A DNA stretch of 56,529 nt from an uncultured Flavobacteriales bacterium (GTDB taxonomy: Bacteria; Bacteroidota; Bacteroidia; Flavobacteriales_D; CALLUQ01): NCBI GenBank assembly GCA_938010565.1, contig CALLUQ010000126.1:1-56529 (forward strand), written 5' to 3'. This document shows positions 9,501 through 21,668 of the stretch, in pieces. Numbering within the stretch: the stretch's first letter is position 1; each line of letters starts with the position of its first letter. Made by a program: the position numbers and the translations under genes. The notes below the pieces were generated by a model. It saw only the letters and a list, made by a program, of their open reading frames with translations. It was not told the DNA's origin and did no database searches.

Positions 9501-11495
9501 TTATTTACGCTTTGTTTTCTCGCGTTGCTGGCGTTGTACCTCTTCCAGCCGCTCCTGGAACTTCGATTTTTTTTTGGGACGTTTTTTGTTCTCTTCGATT
9601 TTCTCGCGGATCTTCCCTTCATTGATAAAGTAATTTTTTACCAACCACATCTGACCGATGGAGATCATATTGGCAAGAAAGTAGTAATAACTCAGGCCGG
9701 AACTGTAAGAGTTGAAAAAGAATAACATCATCACCGGAAAGAGGTACATCATCACTTTCATGTTGGGCATGCCTGGCTGAGCGCCCATTGTCATTTGTCC
9801 GCTATTCATGCGAGTATATAAGATCGTTGAACCGGCCATTAGCAAAGTAAACAAACTGATGTGGGCTCCGTAAAACGGGATATTAAACCCAAGGTCTAAA
9901 ATGGAATCATAAGCCGAAAGATCATCTGCCCAGAGAAAACCCTCCTGCCTCAACTCAATTGAAGACGGAAAAAACCGGAACATGGCGTAAAGAATGGGCA
10001 TCTGGATGAGCATTGGTACACAACCTGCCAGCGGGTTTACCCCGGTTTTCCGGTACAGCGCCATTTGCTCCTGTTGCTTCTTCATGGCATCCTTCTTATC
10101 CGGATATTTTTTCGTGAGGGCTTCCATTTCGGGTTTTAATACCCGCATTTTTGCACTCGACTTGTAGGTGCGATAAGTAATCGGAAGCAAAATGGATTTG
10201 ATGAGAAGGGTTAGGATAAGGATGATGATCCCATACGACATTCCGGTGCCTTCCAGCCAGTTAAAAACCTTTATCACCAGGTATTGATTGACCCATCCGA
10301 AAATGCCCCAGCCCAGATCGATCACCTGCTCATAATCACGGTTGTAGCGCTGTAGCGTTTGAAAGTGGTTGGGAGCAAACATAAATTCAAGGCGAGCCGA
10401 TGGGTTTGCTCCGCCTTCGTGTGCTTCAAAAACCAGATCTGCTTTGAGGCCACAGGTGTACGCATTGCCGGTCAGGTGTTCCCGCTTAACCATGGATTCG
10501 TTGGGTAAAAAACCTTTTTCGTTGACGATGAATGCCGAGAAGAAATTTTGTTTGAAATCTACCCAATAAGCAGCATGCTCCAGCGCCATCGAATCGGTAC
10601 CGGTTTCATAGAGGTAGTCGCGTTTTTCTTCAAAGCTTTTGAACATTACGGTGGTTGTTCGCCGCTCGGCCTCCACACTTTTCTCTTTGGCAGGTGCCAG
10701 AATTTTCCAGTCCAGGCGAAACTTTGGATGGCTCGGGTCAAACAAATGAGACAAGCCTACTGCTTTCACATCAAAATGCAAATGATAAGAGTTTCCGGCC
10801 AGGCCATACGTATACTCCAGATATTGAGAGGGGTTGTTGGCATACAAACGGAAAGTGATCGAACTGCTGTCGTTGCCTGTTACTTCAAACCCTTTGTCTT
10901 TGGTTTCCCAATACAAATTATTGGTGTTGTAACGTTGGCCATTTTCGGTAAAGTACAAACCAAAACCGGAAGTGGCCTTATCCATCAGATTAAGCGTAGA
11001 GTCTTCGTAAGAATCATACTTTTTATAGCCTTTGATCGCTACCGAAGTGACCCTTCCGCCTTTGCCGGAAAGCACCACTTTCATCTTTTCATTTTCCAGT
11101 ATGTAGTCTTGATCTTCCCCTTCCGCAGCCATTGCAAATGAACCGTATTTGCTGTTGCGTGCTAAGGATTTGGCTTTGGCACGTTGCCTTTTTTCCGCTG
11201 CTTTAACCGTTGCAAGGGAATCTGCCATCCACGGATCGGTTTGGCGGAGTTCTTCGAGATAAAGAGCGTCTGCGGTAGCTATTGAGTCTTCCCGCATTCG
11301 AATAAGCCTGTTGAGCGAATCTTTTTCCGCCTGATTCGCAATCTGTTGTTGTTGGCGGTTGAAATACTCCGCTTTCGCAATGCTGTCTCTGATTTGTTGG
11401 CTCCGGAATTCGGTTTCCGATGGGGTGTTAAAAATGGAAAAACCAATCAGAATGGCGGCAATCAATACCAACCCGGTAAGCGTATTCTTATCCAT
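9501..11495 (-). CDS. yidC: Membrane protein insertase YidC
   Basis: MDKNTLTGLVLI start, YGIIILILTLLIK, GVNPLAGCVPMLIQMPIL, FLWADDLS, GLSYYY. Confidence 0.96.
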   Translation of the reverse strand: MDKNTLTGLVLIAAILIGFSIFNTPSETEFRSQQIRDSIAKAEYFNRQQQQIANQAEKDSLNRLIRMREDSIATADALYLEELRQTDPWMADSLATVKAAEKRQRAKAKSLARNSKYGSFAMAAEGEDQDYILENEKMKVVLSGKGGRVTSVAIKGYKKYDSYEDSTLNLMDKATSGFGLYFTENGQRYNTNNLYWETKDKGFEVTGNDSSSITFRLYANNPSQYLEYTYGLAGNSYHLHFDVKAVGLSHLFDPSHPKFRLDWKILAPAKEKSVEAERRTTTVMFKSFEEKRDYLYETGTDSMALEHAAYWVDFKQNFFSAFIVNEKGFLPNESMVKREHLTGNAYTCGLKADLVFEAHEGGANPSARLEFMFAPNHFQTLQRYNRDYEQVIDLGWGIFGWVNQYLVIKVFNWLEGTGMSYGIIILILTLLIKSILLPITYRTYKSSAKMRVLKPEMEALTKKYPDKKDAMKKQQEQMALYRKTGVNPLAGCVPMLIQMPILYAMFRFFPSSIELRQEGFLWADDLSAYDSILDLGFNIPFYGAHISLFTLLMAGSTILYTRMNSGQMTMGAQPGMPNMKVMMYLFPVMMLFFFNSYSSGLSYYYFLANMISIGQMWLVKNYFINEGKIREKIEENKKRPKKKSKFQERLEEVQRQQREKTKRK

Positions 11496-11631
11496 AGAGG
11501 GATGAATTTGAACGGGCAAAGATACCAATTCTCTATCGAAGACGGTTGAAGAGCAGTAAGATTTTGCAATATGCACTGCCTTTTGCAGTAGTTTGCTGAA
11601 AAGCAGAGGATTGAAAAAGAAAAAAGGAGAG

Positions 11632-13266
<1,635 letters not shown>

Positions 13267-13287
13267 TTAAACGATCACTACGGGAAT

Positions 13288-13295
13288 CAAAGTTA
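13288..13295 (-). promoter_or_regulatory. -7 box TAACTTTG for pyrG(-yidC)
   Basis: Exact TAnnTTTG match 37 nt upstream of the ATG. Confidence 0.6.
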
Positions 13296-13453
13296 TGAAT
13301 AAAATGGTACCGGATTGCTTTTTCGGTTTGATAATGCCTGAAAAGGCTATTTTTTCTCCATACCCCTGTAAGGCTTTGCCGGAACGTTTTGGATGACCTG
13401 ATTGTACCTTACTTCGGAGGTGCATAAACCATAAACCTGCACGAGAGAAGAGG

Positions 13454-15835
13454 TTACCACGAGAAACCTACACCCACACTTGGGAGAACAGGCAACTGGT
13501 CTACCCGTTCCCGGGTGATCCGGTTGACATAAAAGATGTTTTTACGGTTGTAAACATTGGTAATGCCGAAGTGGGCATCCAGTTGGGTTTTCTTAAACGT
13601 CCAGGTGCGATGAATGTCAACATCCAGGCGGTGGTAATAAGGAAGGCGTCCGCCGTTTAGTTCGCCGTAAATGGTGCCCAATTCGCCATTGTTGGTGGTG
13701 TAGTCGGTGCTGATGCCGTCCTGAAAATTCTGCAACTCAAAATGGCCTTGTGTTTGGGTAAAGGGGAGGCCGGATCCCAGATTCCAACGGGCGGTTACTT
13801 TGTAAACGCCTTCTTTGGGTTGGCCCGTTTTGTCTTTTTCTTTCGACTTTCCGAAGGCATACGAAGCGACCAGATTGATGTTGTGCCGACGGTCGAATAC
13901 CGGGGAATAGCGCATCAAACCATCCCAACGGTTTACCTTACCCAGGGAGTATACGGCCCAAAAATATCGGTGGTCTTTCTGGTATTTCAACACGATATCT
14001 ATTCCTTGTGCATCGCCCGTTTCAACAATGAAATCTTTTTTCAGAACATCCGGTCGCGCATGATTGGCCGCGTTATCGTCGAAAATTTTGTTCCGGTTCA
14101 TGTTGGTGAGTTGGGTAAACCATTTCTTATATGTTTCTATGTTGATCTCAATTTCGTCCGTAAGGTCAAACTCAAACCCGAAAATGGCGTGGTTGGCTTT
14201 TTGCAGCGAGTGGGTAACGGGTATTTCGGTTCCATTTTCGGTAAGAAATTCATCCTGAAGGTTATTAGGACCGGAAAGAAAACCATAAAAGAGGTTGACG
14301 ATATCGCGGTCGGAGTTGGCACTGATGAGGTTTTGCGAATACATGCCACCGGCAGCTTTGAAACGCAACCGATCGGTGGCCATGTACTTTAATCCCAAAC
14401 GGGGTTCGGGCGAAATGACATCCACCGAAGAATAGTATTGGATGCGAAAGCCAGGTTCGAGCAAAAACAGCCTTTTCTTCATGATGTAAGAAAAGAACCC
14501 TCCCAATTCGGTGGTGTTTTCATTTTGTGAGATCTCACGTCTTACGGCATTATAAAAGGCAAATTTTGTAGCGTATCCGTTTACATCAAAACCATATTTC
14601 AGCTCATCTTTGCCAATGTAGTACTTGAAACCAAGGCCAAAACTGAAACCGTTAATTTTACTGGAACGGGGCAAGGAAGCATCTGTATCGTTGTTGACTT
14701 GCTCTTCCAGCGAAATGCCGTATTCGGAAATGGAGAAATTACCCATCATTAAAAGCGGCGAATTGCCCGGTACAAGAATAAAATTACTTCCGATCCCCCA
14801 TGAGTCCCAACGAAAATCCTGAACGGCCTGGTATTTTACACGGTCGTTGTAATTGAACCCAAAAATGTTGAATTTGGATCCGTTGCCTCCGTGAAAAGAT
14901 ATTTTTCCATACACATCCGTAAAGTTGAAAGGCAACCCAAGAGAGTCAATGCCTTCAACCGGAGTGTATAGTACTTTCGAGGTTTGTTCAAGGTAAGAGG
15001 TTTTTCCGGAAAAAAGGTAAGAGATAGAAGCGCCTGTTCCCTGGTCTTTTTTCAACGGACCTTCCAGGCTCAATTTGGCCATAAACGGGCTGACAGATGT
15101 TCGGCCTTCGTGCTCCTTTTTGTTTCCGTCGCGGGTGGTAATATCCATTACACTCGAAATACGGCTGCCGTATTCGGCATTAAAACCACCGGTGTAAATG
15201 TCGGCCTCGCGAATGATATCGGTATCGAAAACAGAGAAAAAACCAATGGAGTGAAAAGGGTTATAAATCACCATTCCGTCGAGCAATACTTTATTTTGTA
15301 TGGGCGATCCGCCCCGAATGTACAGCTGCCCGCCCTGGTCTCCGGTAAAAACTACACCCGGTAAGGTTTGCATGTAAGTAGCAATATCGGCTTCGCCCCC
15401 CACCGTAGGGACATATCCCATAATGGTGGGCGTGGCGGTAATTTCGGATACCGAAACATCGGTTACCTGCGGACGTGTATCCGTTATCTCTACCGTTTGT
15501 GTGGAGATAGATGTTTCGGACATGCTGAGTTTTTTAGAAACAATTTGCCCCTTTCGGGTGATTTCTACCGGAACGGCAACCGTTTCAAAACCTAAACTCT
15601 TGGCAAATAGTGTGTAACTCCCAATAGGTACGCCTGAGATGGTGAAATAACCGTTGTTATCGGTGGTGGCACCAAACTTCACATCCTTGTCGATGTATAT
15701 GCTCACGTAAGGCATGGTTTCGGAGTTACTTGCATGGTATACAAAACCCCGAATGGTGCCCGCTTGTGCCGAAGCATCTATGCTTAAGGAGGTGAAAACG
15801 ATCAGTAAAAGACCAATGTACCGTAACTCACGCAT
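13454..15835 (-). CDS. TonB-dependent receptor with N-terminal carboxypeptidase-regulatory-like domain
   Basis: Signal peptide; plug motifs LPGVV..GGQLYIRGG..QNKVLLDG and YTGGFNAEYGSRISSV; EPRLG; C-terminal aromatic residue (FSW). Confidence 0.9.
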   Translation of the reverse strand: MRELRYIGLLLIVFTSLSIDASAQAGTIRGFVYHASNSETMPYVSIYIDKDVKFGATTDNNGYFTISGVPIGSYTLFAKSLGFETVAVPVEITRKGQIVSKKLSMSETSISTQTVEITDTRPQVTDVSVSEITATPTIMGYVPTVGGEADIATYMQTLPGVVFTGDQGGQLYIRGGSPIQNKVLLDGMVIYNPFHSIGFFSVFDTDIIREADIYTGGFNAEYGSRISSVMDITTRDGNKKEHEGRTSVSPFMAKLSLEGPLKKDQGTGASISYLFSGKTSYLEQTSKVLYTPVEGIDSLGLPFNFTDVYGKISFHGGNGSKFNIFGFNYNDRVKYQAVQDFRWDSWGIGSNFILVPGNSPLLMMGNFSISEYGISLEEQVNNDTDASLPRSSKINGFSFGLGFKYYIGKDELKYGFDVNGYATKFAFYNAVRREISQNENTTELGGFFSYIMKKRLFLLEPGFRIQYYSSVDVISPEPRLGLKYMATDRLRFKAAGGMYSQNLISANSDRDIVNLFYGFLSGPNNLQDEFLTENGTEIPVTHSLQKANHAIFGFEFDLTDEIEINIETYKKWFTQLTNMNRNKIFDDNAANHARPDVLKKDFIVETGDAQGIDIVLKYQKDHRYFWAVYSLGKVNRWDGLMRYSPVFDRRHNINLVASYAFGKSKEKDKTGQPKEGVYKVTARWNLGSGLPFTQTQGHFELQNFQDGISTDYTTNNGELGTIYGELNGGRLPYYHRLDVDIHRTWTFKKTQLDAHFGITNVYNRKNIFYVNRITRERVDQLPVLPSVGVGFSW

Positions 15836-16058
15836 GCTTTTTTAGATTATGAGGAGTTGAAAGTAATAATAATAATCAACAAAGCGCTTTGCAGGCCGTT
15901 TGTGCCATTATTAACCGACCCATTTGAAGGGCTACAACCTACCGGAGCGGAACGTACACTGAAAAACGGTGCCGGATTTACAAACAACGGTTTGTTTTTG
16001 CGGTGCGAAAGGTGGTTTATGGCATTCGAACTTCAGCCCATACAAAACCTGTTCTCGC

Positions 16059-17069
16059 TCAGTGAAGAATTTTCCAGACGAGTTCTTTCAGCAGTTGGCC
16101 GCTGTTTGCACTGAGGTTATTTACGCCTTTGGACTTTAAATCGTATTCCCGTAAATCACTGATGATCCGCGCTACTTTTCCTGCTTTGTAAAGCCGGGCA
16201 GCCATTTGATAGTCTTTCACAAAAAACGGATGCACCCGCAATTCGGCGGCCACACTTTTTTCGTTTTTATCGGGCAGATAATGGTACAGCATTATCTTAC
16301 TAAAGTAGTTGTACAACCCCGATAAAACGACCGGCAAAGGATGGTTTTTAGGATCTGCTGCGAAATAATTGACCATCCGGTTGGCTTTCAGCAGATCTCT
16401 TTTTGCCAGAGCATGCTGCAATTCAAAGATATTATAATCCTTGCTGATGCCGATGTTGCTCTGAATGACTTCGCGGCTGACCTCGCTTCCGGCCGGAAGA
16501 ATCAGTGCGAGTTTGTCCATCTCATTGGCAATTTTTCCAAGATCGTTTCCGAGGTATTCGCTTAGCATCTGGCAGGTGGGCACATCGATTTGAAACCCCA
16601 GGCCTTTTACATACGAACGGATCCAATCCGGGACCTTGTAATCCCGCAATTTGTCGGAATTAAAAACCACGGCATGTTTGGCAATCGATTTATAAAATGC
16701 CTTTCGTTTATCGATGGTTTTGTACTTGTGGGCCATCACCAGCAAGGTGCTGCTCAAAGGGTTTTCAACATATCCCTGCAACTCCTCGATCTTTTTCAGT
16801 TTCTGAGCTTCCTTTACGATGACCACCTGGTGGTTGGCCATCAAAGGAAAACGCCTGGCCATACCCATCAACGCATGTATTTCCGTATCGTTGCCATACA
16901 CCACGGTTTGGTTGAATTCTTTTTCATCGGCGCTCAACACATTTTTTGCGATGTAGTTGGTAACTTTATCGATAAAATAAGGCTCTTCGCCCATGAGCAG
17001 ATATACCGGGTGGTATTTCTTATTTTTGAGATCACGCATGATCTCTTCATATTTCATTGCGCCGGCCAT
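16059..17069 (-). CDS. holA: DNA polymerase III subunit delta
   Basis: YHPVYLLMGEEPYFID, FNQTVVYG, VVIVKEAQ, IGISKDYNIFEL. Alternative start at 17057. Confidence 0.95.
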   Translation of the reverse strand: MAGAMKYEEIMRDLKNKKYHPVYLLMGEEPYFIDKVTNYIAKNVLSADEKEFNQTVVYGNDTEIHALMGMARRFPLMANHQVVIVKEAQKLKKIEELQGYVENPLSSTLLVMAHKYKTIDKRKAFYKSIAKHAVVFNSDKLRDYKVPDWIRSYVKGLGFQIDVPTCQMLSEYLGNDLGKIANEMDKLALILPAGSEVSREVIQSNIGISKDYNIFELQHALAKRDLLKANRMVNYFAADPKNHPLPVVLSGLYNYFSKIMLYHYLPDKNEKSVAAELRVHPFFVKDYQMAARLYKAGKVARIISDLREYDLKSKGVNNLSANSGQLLKELVWKILH

Positions 17070-17135
17070 GAGGGTGAAAAATGGAATGTGAAGGTAAATG
17101 TAGTGAATGCAAAAAGGAACGGGAAAGCAAAATTT

Positions 17136-17909
17136 TTATTCAAAGCGCAAGTGTCTGACGGTTTTTCCGTTATTGGATATTTCGTTCAAAGAATCGATGC
17201 CGATCCGAATGTGTTTTCGGAGGAATTTTTTACTGACCAGCTTATCGCTTTCATCCGTTTTTACCCCTTCCGGGATCATGGGCTGGTCGGAAACCAGTAA
17301 CAAAGCACCTACCGGAATGGAATTGGAAAATGCAGTAGTGAAAAGGGTGGCCGTTTCCATATCGATGGCCATAGCTCTTATTTTTCGCAGGTACATTTTG
17401 AACATTTCATCGTGTTCCCAAACACGGCGGTTCGTGGTATAAACGGTTCCGGTCCAATAATCCAGCCCATATTCCCGTACCGTATGGGAAATGGCCCGTT
17501 GCAAGTTAAAAGAAGGCAAAGCCGGCACTTCGGGCGGGAAATAATCGTCGGAGGTCCCATCGCCACGAATGGCTGCGATCGGCAGCACCATATCGCCCAG
17601 TTTGTTTTTTCGTTTCAGGCCACCGCATTTTCCTAAAAAAAGCACTGCCTTGGGTTTTATACTGCTGAGCAGATCCATAACCGTAGCAGCGTTGGCACTG
17701 CCCATGCCAAAATTGATCATGGTAATGAGGCCTGCCGTAGCATTGGGCATCGCTTTATCGAGGCCTTTGATGGGCACACGATGGATCTCGGCAAACAGGC
17801 GAACATAGTTGTTAAAATTTGTTAGCAGAATATAATCTCCGAAATCTTCCGGTTCCGTACCGGTATAGCGAGGCAACCAATTATCAACGATCTCTTTTTT
17901 TGTTTTCAT
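17136..17909 (-). CDS. amn: AMP nucleosidase (PNP/UDP family, Bacteroidota type)
   Basis: MKTKKEIVDNWLPRYTG, INFGMGSANAATVMDLL, FLGKCGG, AIDMETAT, LLVSD. Confidence 0.88.
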   Translation of the reverse strand: MKTKKEIVDNWLPRYTGTEPEDFGDYILLTNFNNYVRLFAEIHRVPIKGLDKAMPNATAGLITMINFGMGSANAATVMDLLSSIKPKAVLFLGKCGGLKRKNKLGDMVLPIAAIRGDGTSDDYFPPEVPALPSFNLQRAISHTVREYGLDYWTGTVYTTNRRVWEHDEMFKMYLRKIRAMAIDMETATLFTTAFSNSIPVGALLLVSDQPMIPEGVKTDESDKLVSKKFLRKHIRIGIDSLNEISNNGKTVRHLRFE

Positions 17910-17963
17910 GGGTTCTGTTTTATGATGAAACAGTCGCGGAAAGCTTGCTATCTTCGCAGTACC

Positions 17964-18422
17964 ATGAGTACCTTACAAATGCCACGTCTGAACCTCCCGG
18001 AAATGCCTGTCAAAGTTAGAATGGAGGGAGATAGAAAACAAATATGGGATCCCACTCGTAAACGTTTTGTGGTCCTTTCTCCGGAAGAATGGGTACGGCA
18101 GCACTTTGTGCATTATCTGATCCGGAAGAAGCGGGTACCCGCTTCGCTTATTGCGGTAGAAATGGGTTTCAAATTAAACGGGATGCAAAAACGGAGTGAT
18201 TTGGTTATTCATACCCGGATGGGTGTGCCCTGGCTTATTGTGGAGTGCAAAGCTTCGGACGTTAAAATCAACCAGGCTGTATTTGATCAGATCGCCCGGT
18301 ACAATATGGCACTGCAAGTAGCGTATTTGGTGGTTACCAATGGCATGGAACATTATTGTTGTAAGATGGACCATGCCAACGAAAGCTGGAATTTCATTCC
18401 GGATATTCCCGCTTTTGGATGA
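17964..18422 (+). CDS. Stand-alone HsdR N-terminal-like PD-(D/E)XK domain protein
   Basis: PEEWVRQH, RSDLV..IVECKA, FDQIARYN, VTNG. Confidence 0.85.
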   Translation: MSTLQMPRLNLPEMPVKVRMEGDRKQIWDPTRKRFVVLSPEEWVRQHFVHYLIRKKRVPASLIAVEMGFKLNGMQKRSDLVIHTRMGVPWLIVECKASDVKINQAVFDQIARYNMALQVAYLVVTNGMEHYCCKMDHANESWNFIPDIPAFG

Positions 18423-18482
18423 TTTTTTTTCCAAAGCCAAGTCTGCACTTGTAATAAACAAAGCGTTGATCTGGAGTTCGAT

Positions 18483-21086
18483 ATGAAAAAAAGCCGGTAT
18501 ATATTTATCTTGCTGTTGTTTTTAATCGCAGGGTGTTCTGCTTCCTTACAAGCACAAAAACGGAAGCCTTCCAAAATGAACCTTGCGCTGCACAGTTATC
18601 TGCTTCATGCAAAAAACAGAAAAGCGCAGACGGCTTTGATGGTGGAAGGCGATATCGCCTTGATCTGGGAGTTTACACGCCAAAAAAAGGGGGTCTGGAA
18701 ATACCACCACAGATCCACCGCATTCCTTTCCCTTCCGGCAGATCAGATCGAAAATCTTGCTTCCTTGCCTTTTGTGGAACGCATGGAGTTTTCACAAGCC
18801 AAGGGCACCCCGCTGAACGATGTCATGCGCATCAACAATCGCATCATCCGGGCGCATCATGGCGACTCCATTCTTTCGCAGGGTTATACAGGTAAAAATG
18901 TGTTGTTGGGGTTTATCGATACGGGAGGAGAATTTTTACATCCCGACTTTCTGGATAGTACGGGCAAAACCCGTGTGGCAGGCATCTGGGATCAAACCGA
19001 TTCGTCCGATCCTGCCCGCATTCCTGCCAAATATGGCTACGGAAATGTTTGGAACAGCGCCGATATCGATGCCGGGGTTTGTGCCCACATCGACGAGTCG
19101 GGCCACGGTTCAACCGTTATGGGAAGTGCGGCCTCGAACGGAGGCAGCGATACGTTGTACACCGGGGTTGCACCGGGCTCCATGTTGGCCATCGTAGAAA
19201 GCGATTTTAGTGCTGTTAACTGGACGGCTACCGTGGCAGATGGAGTTGATTATCTGGTAAACCTAGCCGATTCGCTCGATGTGCCGCTGGTAATCAATGC
19301 AAGTGTGGGTACGTATGCCGGTTCGCACGATGCAAAAGACGCCGCAGGCCTGTTCATCGATTCCATATTGGATGCAAAACAAGGCCGGGTAATGGTTGCG
19401 GCTGCCGGCAATGCCGGAGGGTTGGCTTTTCATCTCGGATACGATGTTACACCCGATACTTCCTTTACCTGGTTTTTATCGGGTAATGGTTTACAAGGCT
19501 ATTCCAATGCCCTGTTTATAGAGGCTTGGGCCGATTCGCTCGATTTCGAAAATGTGCAATTTGCCATCGGTGCCGATGATCCGGTGAACAACCGTTTTTC
19601 GGGGAGTACCCATTTTTACAGCCCCCCTGCCATCAATGGCATGTTGGTAACCGATTCGATCAAAAATAGCAACGGCGATCTGATCGCACCCATTCTGATC
19701 TACTGCGAACACAACAACGGCCGCTACCTGCTACAGGTACTGGCTGCCGATCCCGATAGCAGTGCGCATTTATTTCGTTTCATCACCACCGGTACCGGGC
19801 ATGTGGACATCTGGAGTGCTTCCTGGCTGGGTTTCTCCGATATGGTTACGGCGATCCCTCCTCTCTCCGAATTTCCGGATGGTGTGCATTACCAATTTCC
19901 CGACCATCATTCGAGTATAGTAAGCAGTTGGAATTGTTCGGAAAAAGTGATTTCCGTAGGCAACTGGGTGGGCCGTACCCAATACACCGATTACCATGGG
20001 AACCTTCAAACGGTAGGAGGAACATTGCACGATATTTTCTTTGGTTCCAGTTACGGGCCCACACGTCAAAATATAGTCAAACCGGATGTGGCGGCAACCG
20101 GACAGGTGCAACTTTCTTCCGGAACTTATTTTTCATTGGCCTGGCTCATTGCCAATGAGCCTCATAAAGTAGCGCCTTCTGGGTTACACGTACGGAACGG
20201 AGGTACTTCCATGGCTGCCCCCGTAGTGGCAGGAATTTCCGGGCTGATGTTGGAGCAATGCCCTACGGCCGGTTGGAGTGAGGTAAAAGCAGCCATTATG
20301 CATACGGCCCGTACCGATAGTTATACCGGCACTGTGCCCAACAACCAATGGGGCATGGGAAAAGCAGATGGGTTTGCCACTTTGTTGAGTAACGTGTATA
20401 CCATCGAACTAACCATACTGGGCGATACGATTTTTTGTGAAGGAGACGGTGTAGGTTTTGAAGCTCCGGCGGGTTATGCGAGTTATTTGTGGTCAACCGG
20501 CGATACCACTTCGTCCGTCTATGTATCCGTTTCCGACACCATTTCCGTGGCGTTGGTAGATGCAGCGGGTTGTTCCGGAAATTCCGTTCATTACACCACA
20601 CAAATGCACCCGCGACCTGAAGTGCCTATCGTTACCCAAATGAACGATACCCTTTACTCCAGCACGGAAGAGGGGTGCCAATGGTATATCCGTGATACGG
20701 CAATTGCCGGTGCAAACAACGGTTTTTATATCCCTTCTTCGTCCGGATGGTACAGCGTGGAAGTTACCAATGCAGCGGGTTGTACAGCCAGGTCAGATTC
20801 CTTTCTGTTCTTGCTTTCGGGCTTTTCGGAGGGGTGGCCCGAAGGAGTGTCCGTTTGGCCCAACCCATTCAAAAACGAAATTCGCATCTACTGCGAAAAA
20901 GGATGTTCCGCATATAAAAATATGCTACTGATCAATAACCTGGGCCAGAAAGTATACCAACGGGACCTTCGGAGTAAGCCGGGCACCAGCACTTCATTTC
21001 AGGTGAACGATCTGGCCCCGGGCCTTTATTTTTTACGCCTTGGGATGGGTTATAACCAGGTTACTTTCCGCGTATTGCGTCTTTAG
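18483..21086 (+). CDS. S8 (subtilisin) serine peptidase with T9SS type A sorting domain
   Basis: Catalytic triad motifs IDTG, GHGSTV and GTSMAAP; KPDVAATG; C-terminal VWPNPF..NNLGQ..LAPGLYFLRL. Confidence 0.92.
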   Translation: MKKSRYIFILLLFLIAGCSASLQAQKRKPSKMNLALHSYLLHAKNRKAQTALMVEGDIALIWEFTRQKKGVWKYHHRSTAFLSLPADQIENLASLPFVERMEFSQAKGTPLNDVMRINNRIIRAHHGDSILSQGYTGKNVLLGFIDTGGEFLHPDFLDSTGKTRVAGIWDQTDSSDPARIPAKYGYGNVWNSADIDAGVCAHIDESGHGSTVMGSAASNGGSDTLYTGVAPGSMLAIVESDFSAVNWTATVADGVDYLVNLADSLDVPLVINASVGTYAGSHDAKDAAGLFIDSILDAKQGRVMVAAAGNAGGLAFHLGYDVTPDTSFTWFLSGNGLQGYSNALFIEAWADSLDFENVQFAIGADDPVNNRFSGSTHFYSPPAINGMLVTDSIKNSNGDLIAPILIYCEHNNGRYLLQVLAADPDSSAHLFRFITTGTGHVDIWSASWLGFSDMVTAIPPLSEFPDGVHYQFPDHHSSIVSSWNCSEKVISVGNWVGRTQYTDYHGNLQTVGGTLHDIFFGSSYGPTRQNIVKPDVAATGQVQLSSGTYFSLAWLIANEPHKVAPSGLHVRNGGTSMAAPVVAGISGLMLEQCPTAGWSEVKAAIMHTARTDSYTGTVPNNQWGMGKADGFATLLSNVYTIELTILGDTIFCEGDGVGFEAPAGYASYLWSTGDTTSSVYVSVSDTISVALVDAAGCSGNSVHYTTQMHPRPEVPIVTQMNDTLYSSTEEGCQWYIRDTAIAGANNGFYIPSSSGWYSVEVTNAAGCTARSDSFLFLLSGFSEGWPEGVSVWPNPFKNEIRIYCEKGCSAYKNMLLINNLGQKVYQRDLRSKPGTSTSFQVNDLAPGLYFLRLGMGYNQVTFRVLRL

Positions 21087-21153
21087 TCATTCCGCTCTCT
21101 TAATAATCTGCCTCGGATTTATTACTTTAGCACTCCTGAAAAAGAATGAATCT

Positions 21154-21666
21154 ATGGATCTTTCCGATATTATATCCATCTCGGGTAAGCCCGGGTTGTA
21201 CGAAATTGTTGCTCAAACCAAGAACGGCATAATTGTAGCCTCCATCCAGGATGGCAAACGCATCCCTGCTTATGCAAAACATCGCATCAGTAAGTTGGAT
21301 GATATTAGCATCTATACCGTGGATGATGAAGTCTCTTTGCGTGAGGTATACCAAAACATCTGGGACAAAGAAAAGGGTGGCCCGGCCATCCACCCTAAAA
21401 CCTCTTCTTCAACAGACCTGAGAAACTACATGTCCGAAATTCTTCCGAACTTTGATGAAAAACGGGTGTATACTTCCGACATAAAAAAGCTGCTGACGTG
21501 GTATAATCAGTTGCATGTTGTAGGTAGGCTGAAATGGAGTGAAACGGCTACACCCGAAGAAGAAGAGTCGGCTGTAGCCGATGCGGAAATTCTAGAAGCA
21601 ACGACGGATGAAGCCAACGAGCCCATTGCTTCCGAGGAAGAGAAAACAGACAACAAACACACATAA
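21154..21666 (+). CDS. DUF5606-type conserved Bacteroidota protein
   Basis: IISISGKPGLY..ISIYT..RVYTSDIKKLLTWYN with an acidic tail. Start placed at ATG 21154. Confidence 0.8.
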   Translation: MDLSDIISISGKPGLYEIVAQTKNGIIVASIQDGKRIPAYAKHRISKLDDISIYTVDDEVSLREVYQNIWDKEKGGPAIHPKTSSSTDLRNYMSEILPNFDEKRVYTSDIKKLLTWYNQLHVVGRLKWSETATPEEEESAVADAEILEATTDEANEPIASEEEKTDNKHT

Positions 21667-21668
21667 AT

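Noticed and set aside
13275-13295. CTP-sensing start site (CCC) downstream of the pyrG promoter
   Set aside because: The start position is unknown and no attenuator hairpin is evident in the short leader.
17964-18422. HsdR N-terminal domain read as a type I restriction system
   Set aside because: No helicase, HsdM or HsdS. This stand-alone gene commonly sits near holA in Bacteroidota.
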